Shown: piece after piece, positions 56,954-64,000 of the stretch
Position numbering within the stretch: position 1 is the stretch's first letter
How the letters are laid out: each line of letters starts with the position of its first letter
Position numbers and translations under genes: made by a program
Assembly: GCA_951406725.2 (NCBI GenBank)
Contig: OX597820.1
Coordinates: forward strand, 117,986,001 to 118,050,000
Origin: Octopus vulgaris
Lineage: Eukaryota
DNA: 64,000 bases
Direction: 5' to 3'
Notes under the pieces: model-generated
The model's database searches: none
What the model was told of the DNA's origin: nothing
What the model saw: only the letters and a program-made list of their open reading frames with translations

Positions 56954-58567
56954 ATGATAAAAATAAAACTGAAACGAAAACTATTGACAAAAACAACAGC
57001 AACAACAAGAACAACAATAAAAATGAACTATCTAATAGTGAAGATGCTAATACAAAAAAAGTCAACAACAGTAAATTTCGCAGATATTCTTCGCCAGAAA
57101 AAGGAGATTGTTACATTCACAAATGAAGAGCTCATAGAAACAAGAGCTCTCTTTACAACCCGTGGACAAGATTTAGTCCTGCATACACCTCAACATATAA
57201 AACAAGAAATAGAAAATAAGACAATTGTATATAAAATTATTAGAAAAAACAAAAAACCAAATGAACAGATTACAAAAACTGATGTGGAGAAATGTTTAAA
57301 AAATATAATGAAAGAAAAAGAGTATATAAACTGGGGTCCCCAGTTTAACACAGTAGTGGTCCGCTTCCCTAACCAGGAAGTGGCAAAAGCTCACTCTACT
57401 GAGTCTCTGGGAAATGATGAAATCATCATGGTCCCTTATTATAAAAACCAGAGGGTGAGTAGAATTACTATCAGAAATGTACCCCCCGATATGCCGAACA
57501 AATGGATAACAGGGGCAATCTGTTACCACTTGAAAAAGATCAATATTCTAGAAACAGCCGTGTACCTAAACGACAATTGGGGTGGAAAAACAGTAGTTGT
57601 GACCATCCAGATTGAGGGGGCCTCTATCGAGAGCCTACCCGACAAGATATACTTGGAGAATGGGCAATGCCTATATGTTATGGCAGAAGGCAAAAAGCCT
57701 AGATGCTACAAATGTGGCATCCCCGAACATTTGATTGCCAAGTGCGATCTGGTACAGAAAAAACAAGAAAGAACAATTCAGAAAACAAATAAAATCCCTT
57801 TGTTGCCAACACCAACACCAACACACTCAATTATGGAACAACGCCAAGAAAAACAACAAACCCCAACAACATCACCAAGAAAAACAGTACCAACACAATC
57901 ACCGTTGACGTCACAACCAATTAAACTTGTTGAATCTTCAAAAAATCGACCCACACCCACACCCAGGACGACAATTAAAAAGACAGAAAACACTGACGAG
58001 AAGACAAATGCTACCCCTAACACCACAACAACACAAACACCGCACAAAACATCAACAATTTATACAAGCATACATAGTGATCCTGTTCTTTTTCCTCTAC
58101 CCCATACTGATACCTCGGACGACGAAAGTTCGACGGAATGGCAAATAGCCACAGGGGGTAAAAGAAAAAGATCCAAAAAATCCACCAAACAAGGAATTAA
58201 AGCAGGGAGATATCTCACTCAGGACAACATTCCCCTAGACAATCAAAAAAGTAATGAACCCGTAAAACCACACACACAACTAACTGCAATAGACACAGAC
58301 AATAAAGAATTAATGGACTACATCAAATCTAACATGGTCGTCTTTGAAGATGATTTTAAGACACACAATCATCCGCACACCACACCACCGAAACACATCA
58401 GAATTTTACACATAACACAAGCACAACACCACATACTGAAAACATTATTTCCGAATGCGGTAGGCGGGTATCAACGATACCTGTCGAAAAAACTATACAA
58501 ACACCTCATCAAAAACGATACAAAAGAAGAAGAAGAAAAAAATGAAACTTTTAAAATGAGTAAGTGA
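56954..58567 (+). CDS. Tx1-type ORF1 (gag-like nucleic-acid-binding protein with zinc knuckle); the true N-terminus probably lies upstream in another frame
   Basis: 537 aa ORF with a CX2CX4HX4C knuckle (CYKCGIPEHLIAKC), an upstream 'RITIRNVPPDM' segment typical of L1/Tx1 ORF1, and a T/P-rich linker. It ends 57 bp before ORF2. Confidence 0.85.
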   Translation: MIKIKLKRKLLTKTTATTRTTIKMNYLIVKMLIQKKSTTVNFADILRQKKEIVTFTNEELIETRALFTTRGQDLVLHTPQHIKQEIENKTIVYKIIRKNKKPNEQITKTDVEKCLKNIMKEKEYINWGPQFNTVVVRFPNQEVAKAHSTESLGNDEIIMVPYYKNQRVSRITIRNVPPDMPNKWITGAICYHLKKINILETAVYLNDNWGGKTVVVTIQIEGASIESLPDKIYLENGQCLYVMAEGKKPRCYKCGIPEHLIAKCDLVQKKQERTIQKTNKIPLLPTPTPTHSIMEQRQEKQQTPTTSPRKTVPTQSPLTSQPIKLVESSKNRPTPTPRTTIKKTENTDEKTNATPNTTTTQTPHKTSTIYTSIHSDPVLFPLPHTDTSDDESSTEWQIATGGKRKRSKKSTKQGIKAGRYLTQDNIPLDNQKSNEPVKPHTQLTAIDTDNKELMDYIKSNMVVFEDDFKTHNHPHTTPPKHIRILHITQAQHHILKTLFPNAVGGYQRYLSKKLYKHLIKNDTKEEEEKNETFKMSK

Positions 58568-58624
58568 CCTCACTTCTTGCCTCTTGTCTCTTCTAATATA
58601 GTGTGTAAAACACAATTTTCGTAA

Positions 58625-61600
58625 ATGTCAAGTATGCTTAAATTAGGTTGTGTGAATGCGCGTGGCTTGGCGTCGGCTTGGAAGCAAGGTTACCTTCTAA
58701 ACGACATCAAGTCACTGGACGTGGATATAGTAGCTATCAGCGAAACCAGACTCAGTAAGCCGCGGGCCCTCGAGTCCATGTTTGGCAATCAATTTGACAT
58801 TTATTTTTCTCCCTGTCTGCCGAACATGGGTGGTGGAGGTACTGCGGTGCTTTTTCGAAAGAGTCTAAAGGTAAAAGTAAGAGCAATATTCCTAGACCCG
58901 GAGGGTAGGCTGGTTGTCTTGGACGTGGATGGCAGAAATGGGTGTGCATTCCGTCTGATGGCAGTTTATGCACCGTCCTTAACGGGTCGGGCGGATTTCT
59001 TCAGACGTCTAGAGGTTTTCCTGGGTACGTCTAGACCTTTACTGTTAGTAGGGGATTGGAACGCTACCTTGGACACGCATCTAGATTATGTGGGAAGGGA
59101 TAGGAATAGAAGGGGGTGTAAGAGCCTCAAAGACCTGCTCAGACGTTTCCATTTGTCTGACAGGTTCCGACTCGACCATCCGAACGTGCCAACGTGGACT
59201 TGGACAAACCGCGTCGGATCGTCGAGATCTTATCTAGATAGAATTCTATGCAGGACAGCGGATAGGGATAGTGTAGGATGTCCACAATTTAAAATAGTCA
59301 GCTACACAGATCACAAATTTGTTACGTGTACGCTCGACTTAGATAAAACACATAGGCAGGGTCCCGGTTACTGGAAACTGAACACGTCGCTGTTAGCGCG
59401 ACAGGTTTACAGGAACCGGATTAGCGAGTTAATTAAGAGGGCGCTGACGGGAGCGGTCGTTAACAACCGCTGGTGGTACGCCCTGAAAATGGCAATAAAA
59501 TCGGAATCAATTAGGTTTAGCAAGGAATTAGCGATAGAACGAAATAGAGTAGAGGGAGACTTAGTTAAGAAACTAGAAGAGGCACTTACCACTGGCAGCG
59601 CAACCAACGTGCTGGCTGCGAGGATGGCCCTCGACCAACACCTCAACGCCAAGCACGAAGGTTGCGTCGTCAGAGCTAAAATGCGTGCCTTAAGGAACGA
59701 AGGGATTGAAGCTGCGCGAGAGGCCCGGGTAGCGGAGGCGCAGCGTGGCAACAGATCAACCATTCGGTCTCTAATAGATCAACAGGGATGCAGTTTACTC
59801 GAACCCGAAAGGATGTGTGAGGCCTTTCAACAGCACTTTGCTCGACTGTTTGGTGCGAGTGGTGGGTCGGAACGAGGGATGGATTTCAGTGCCTACCTGA
59901 CCGACCTGCCGCGGCTCTCGGCAAGAGAGGCGGAGTGTTGTGAAAGTCCCATCACAGCCGCTGACGTGTGGGATGCGATGGCGGGCTGCGCGAGGGATAA
60001 GTCGCCTGGATTGGATGGTTTACCCTACGAGCTGTATTGTCGAATGCCAGACTTGTTTGGCGACCTCTTGGCATCAGTCTACTGCAACTGGCAACAAAAC
60101 GGGAGAATCCCCGGTTTCGTGAGCCGAGGTGCAGTGACGTTGCTGAAGAAAGACTCAAACAAGGGGAATTTTATAGATAATTTCAGGCCCATCACTCTGC
60201 TCAACGCAGATTTGAAAATTTTGGCCAAAGTAATAGCCGAGAGGTTGGCGCTTGTCATTGGTAAACTGGTCGACAGGGCGCAAACATGCGCCGTGCCGGG
60301 CAGAACCATACATGACAACCTCCATCTGATGCGCTACATTGTGGACAGGGTAGTTAAGGATCCTGGCATGGGTGGGGCGCTGATAAATTTGGATCAGTCT
60401 AAAGCCTTCGATAGGGTCGACCATCGGTACTTGGCGGCCGTCCTCAGGGCGGCTGGCTTCGGTCCCGTCTTCCGCGGTTGGATCGCTGCCTTGTATAGCG
60501 GCATCCGATCGGTGATTCGGGTGAACGGTCACCTGTCGAAACCGTTTGACATCACGCGTTCGGTCCGTCAGGGGTGTCCCCTGTCGGCGCTTCTGTATGT
60601 ATTGACTCTCGAGCCGCTACTGCGGAAGCTGGCGACACTGAGGGGCATCCCACGGGAACTGGGTTGCGGGACGAGCGTGTCGGCATATGCGGACGATGTC
60701 ACCGTCATAGTGTCGAGCTACCAGCACATCGAGCTGGTCGGCGAGACACTAAGAAAATATGAAACGGTGACGGGAGCAAAGATTAACCCGGAAAAGTCAG
60801 TGGGTTTGCTACTCGGCACCTGGAGAAGCAAGCCCATGCCGTCCGACTGCGGCTCAGTAGTGGGACGCTGGACGGACGGACCGGTTAAATTGCTCGGGGT
60901 CTGGTTCAGTCCGGACCTCCAAATGGATAAGAACTGGGACGAGATCACGAGTAGAGTGGTCGCTCTCAGCCAAACATGGGCCGAGAGAAAGCTGTCTCTA
61001 AAAGGCCGGGCGGAGGTGGCGAACGCGTACATCGCATCCGTCATCGATTACCGCCTGACCGTCGTACCTTGTCCCGACGCCACCATCACCAAACTGGAAC
61101 GCATACTCTTCCGCTTCCTGTGGAAGGGTGGCGTTCCGATGGTGAGGAAGTCCATTTGCTGTCAACATCCGTTGAATGGAGGACTGGGCATGCCGTGGTT
61201 GATGATGCGCAGGCATGCGGTGAGACTGCGACATCTCTGGAAATTCATCGACGACGGTGAACAGGTGTGGGCGCCGTTTGTGAGGCGCGACTTCCCGCAG
61301 CTCGTCTCACTGACCGAACTGCAAACGTGGATCAAAAAGAGACCGAAACTGGGCGATTGGCACCGAGAGTGTCGCCAAGCTCTACAGCAGCTCTGCCGAC
61401 CGGGGTCAAACTTGTGCAACTTCCAAACGACTAAAGCGTTCTATAGAGGACTAGTGGAGGGGAGGTCCGACGACACACTCGGGGCAAACCTGGGCGTCGA
61501 CGAGGAATTCCTAACCCGCCTGTTCAGGACGACGTTCGGGCCGGGGCCTATGGATAACTTCCAGAAATCCCTGGCTTGGCAGTGCTATCGAGACGCACTA

Positions 61601-62074
61601 CCTGTTCGAGAGAAGAGCTACAGACACGGTTCGAAAACCATCACCGGACCGACCTGCCCGAGATGCGGTCAGAGCGACGAAACCGTTCTGCACGCACTCG
61701 TGCAGTGTCCAGATATTTCAGAGCTGTGGTCCTTCGTCGAACAGCTGTTGTCACGTGTAGGTCAGGCTCGCCTATCGGCCGAGTCTATTGTGAATATTGT
61801 TCCACCACCTTCCTTTAAACGGGAAGGGAAAACGGTTTTCGTTACGCTGATGGCTATGGCGAAAGAATGTGTGTGGTGGACGCGTTTGAAAGGACTGCAA
61901 ACAAACACCTTCCTCTCTGGTCAGTCTCTCGTCAACTTTTTCAAGTACCACTTGAAAAGGAGGATGAGAATAGAGAGGAAGGCTTTGTCGAACGAATGTT
62001 TTAATAAAAAGTGGGTAAAAGTGGCAAAAATGGTCAGTATGAAAGACGACACTATTTTAAGCATAAATCTGTAA
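58625..62074 (+). CDS. ORF2: APE-type endonuclease + reverse transcriptase + C-terminal CCHC, uninterrupted
   Basis: 1149 aa. EN motifs VNARGL, SETR, VYAP, GDWN, LDRI, TDH. RT motifs PGLDG, FRPITLLNADLKILAK, DQSKAFDRV, RQGCPLS, YADD. C-terminal CPRC...ETVLHALVQC. Confidence 0.96.
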   Translation: MSSMLKLGCVNARGLASAWKQGYLLNDIKSLDVDIVAISETRLSKPRALESMFGNQFDIYFSPCLPNMGGGGTAVLFRKSLKVKVRAIFLDPEGRLVVLDVDGRNGCAFRLMAVYAPSLTGRADFFRRLEVFLGTSRPLLLVGDWNATLDTHLDYVGRDRNRRGCKSLKDLLRRFHLSDRFRLDHPNVPTWTWTNRVGSSRSYLDRILCRTADRDSVGCPQFKIVSYTDHKFVTCTLDLDKTHRQGPGYWKLNTSLLARQVYRNRISELIKRALTGAVVNNRWWYALKMAIKSESIRFSKELAIERNRVEGDLVKKLEEALTTGSATNVLAARMALDQHLNAKHEGCVVRAKMRALRNEGIEAAREARVAEAQRGNRSTIRSLIDQQGCSLLEPERMCEAFQQHFARLFGASGGSERGMDFSAYLTDLPRLSAREAECCESPITAADVWDAMAGCARDKSPGLDGLPYELYCRMPDLFGDLLASVYCNWQQNGRIPGFVSRGAVTLLKKDSNKGNFIDNFRPITLLNADLKILAKVIAERLALVIGKLVDRAQTCAVPGRTIHDNLHLMRYIVDRVVKDPGMGGALINLDQSKAFDRVDHRYLAAVLRAAGFGPVFRGWIAALYSGIRSVIRVNGHLSKPFDITRSVRQGCPLSALLYVLTLEPLLRKLATLRGIPRELGCGTSVSAYADDVTVIVSSYQHIELVGETLRKYETVTGAKINPEKSVGLLLGTWRSKPMPSDCGSVVGRWTDGPVKLLGVWFSPDLQMDKNWDEITSRVVALSQTWAERKLSLKGRAEVANAYIASVIDYRLTVVPCPDATITKLERILFRFLWKGGVPMVRKSICCQHPLNGGLGMPWLMMRRHAVRLRHLWKFIDDGEQVWAPFVRRDFPQLVSLTELQTWIKKRPKLGDWHRECRQALQQLCRPGSNLCNFQTTKAFYRGLVEGRSDDTLGANLGVDEEFLTRLFRTTFGPGPMDNFQKSLAWQCYRDALPVREKSYRHGSKTITGPTCPRCGQSDETVLHALVQCPDISELWSFVEQLLSRVGQARLSAESIVNIVPPPSFKREGKTVFVTLMAMAKECVWWTRLKGLQTNTFLSGQSLVNFFKYHLKRRMRIERKALSNECFNKKWVKVAKMVSMKDDTILSINL

Positions 62075-62437
62075 CCAAAAGAGACAACGAGAAGTAAGGC
62101 GACTTACTCATGTGTTCTTTTTCGAATTGCCTGAGGTGACCTTGGTCTTTTTTTGTAGGTTTTTCTTTCCAAGACTACACCTAAACTGTGAACCTTATAT
62201 ATATATATATATTGCTTTTTTATACACCACACAACCCACAGATCCCTATTGATCGAACGTTTTTTTTTTTTTTTTTTTCTTGCCCCACCCATCCCACCTC
62301 GAAAACAAAAAATTCTACATTGTATTTCGTCCATTTTTATTCTGTGTTTAGCCCTGTGTGGCTACAATAAAAAGTTATCTATCAATAATTCTATATGTCT
62401 GTCTATCTATCTATCTATCGATCGATCTATCTATATG

Positions 62438-62528
<91 letters not shown>

Positions 62529-63614
62529 GCGCTCGTGCGCATGTATGAATAGAGATAATTAACTAATGATATTTTTCCTGTATCACAAAACCGAATAATC
62601 TTCGGGATGATCCTTGTGTATCAGTGATCAAATATGATTTCATTCGATATTCTGTGGCGATTCTGATTTGACTGATGGACTGCATTATAAATTAAATGGG
62701 ATTGTATACACTTGATCTAAGAAACTCACAATCACTCACATTCCAGCCGTGAATCACGTTTCTCTTATTTTCCCGTCACAGTTTATCTAGCGCCACATTA
62801 TCCAATGCGATATATCTTCTTACAAAGGGTTGCGCGCAATTTGAAGGCTGTATGACAGATCTTTTTAGCCAATTTGCATTTAGTGATTGTTTAACACCAA
62901 GGGAACCCAGTTTGGGCCAGCCTCACACAATAAATTCAAAGTTGTACTATACACCCTGTCTCATTCAAGACAGCAGTGTGTGATTTGAGCGTGATTTGAC
63001 TTTCATTTCTAGCAGGTCAAGCGGCCATATAAACAGAACTTACCATTGATTCTAGGTGGCTAGGTTTGCATAATTTCATTAGGCACTGTGTGAATGTGTG
63101 AAGATGTGCAGCAAGATTCGAAACCGAATTAACGAATTGCCAAGCGAAAATCACGGCTTAATAACAACCTTTCACGTGACCGGCCAAATTATAGACCAAT
63201 CAGCAGCCAGACATCATGTGATAAATCATTCTAGAAGCTACTAGAACATTTCTTTAAAGGCATGTTTTTGCGCAGAGTGTTCAAGACGACTGGGTGAAAT
63301 ATGGTCTCTACTTTTGACAAAATTATTTGTTCAGAGACCAGACGATTCATTCACTTGATGCTCTTAAAAGTCCTTATCACATCTCCTACCAAACCTAATG
63401 GGCAGCAACATATGTTTTGTAGTCATGAGCCAAGCGTACATATTTTCTCTGTCTTAATCAACTATTTGTAAGAGCTGCAGAATTATTCTTTCTAGTGTGT
63501 AAGACTTTGTTGTTACAATTTCTAATTCCTAACCAATATGAAAATGATTTGGGTGGTAAAATAAAGTTACATCATTTCCAGACAGGAACTCGCAAACACC
63601 AAACGACAGAGGCT

Positions 63615-64000
63615 ACACTGCTGTTGCTGGCTGCTGTTTCTGTTGAGTGAAGCGGTCTTCGTCTTCTTGGGAGAAGTCCGAAACGTGGTCCTTTGCTATT
63701 CGTAAGACCCGCAGAAGAGAAAGCAGGTCAACCCCCGACACCGAGAGCATCGACAGATGGATGAATGCGCATCCAGGCTCAGCGATTGCGTAGGAAGTCG
63801 GGGACAAGAAACAGGAAGAAAGAGTGAGAGAAAGTTGGAGCGAAAGAGTACAACAGGGGTCGCCACCAATTCCTGCCGGAGCCTCGTGGAGCTTTTAGGT
63901 GTTTTCGCTCAATAAACACACACAACGCCCGGTCTGGGAATCGAAACGGCGATCCTCCGACCGCTAGTCCGCTGCCCTAACCATTGGGCCATTGCGCCTC
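63615..64000 (-). mobile_element. SINE sharing the SINE-C head and first body block but with a different 3' half
   Basis: 63815-64000 aligns with 8505-8682 (GAAAGAGTGAGAGAAAGTTG, GGTGTTTTCGCTCAA, CGCCCGGTCTG). The downstream sequence differs and the 3' end is uncertain. Confidence 0.7.

Larger units (their letters stand above)
56490..62376 (+). mobile_element. Near full-length L1/Tx1-clade non-LTR retrotransposon inserted in a (TCTA)n microsatellite
   Basis: Two long tandem ORFs, a 5' UTR starting directly after (TATC)n at ~56490, and a T-rich 3' UTR ending GCCCTGTGTGGCTACAATAAAAAGT followed by TATC repeats. The TSD cannot be resolved inside the microsatellite. Confidence 0.93.

Noticed and set aside
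58752-61818. Short antisense and alternate-frame ORFs within ORF2
   Set aside because: These are shadows of GC-rich coding sequence with no recognisable motifs.

Overview
Repeat-saturated animal genomic DNA, probably from an octopod cephalopod (inferred from the SINE families and the extreme (TA)n/(CA)n/(TCTA)n density). No host protein-coding exon can be supported, and nearly all ORFs in the track are microsatellite read-throughs. The only substantial coding unit is a near full-length L1/Tx1-clade non-LTR retrotransposon (~56490-62376). It has a CCHC ORF1 and an intact EN-RT-CCHC ORF2, and it sits in (TCTA)n like three smaller pieces of the same family. The highlights are: (1) a tRNA-type Nin/Deu-core SINE whose 3' tail matches the Tx1 3' end, which appears to insert into its own internal GGTAT site and forms head+(body)n multimers and a ~20 x 184 bp satellite with dimeric higher-order structure; (2) several (TA)n-associated Penelope-like or retrozyme-type modules carrying minimal hammerhead ribozyme motifs, including non-canonical cores (a G3-C8 swap, U4C, A6U); (3) a ~350 bp patchwork assembled from three nearby loci that preserves a pre-insertion site; (4) a near-perfect foldback, a Helitron and a hAT MITE. 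All coordinates and alignments were made by eye and may be off by a few bases.
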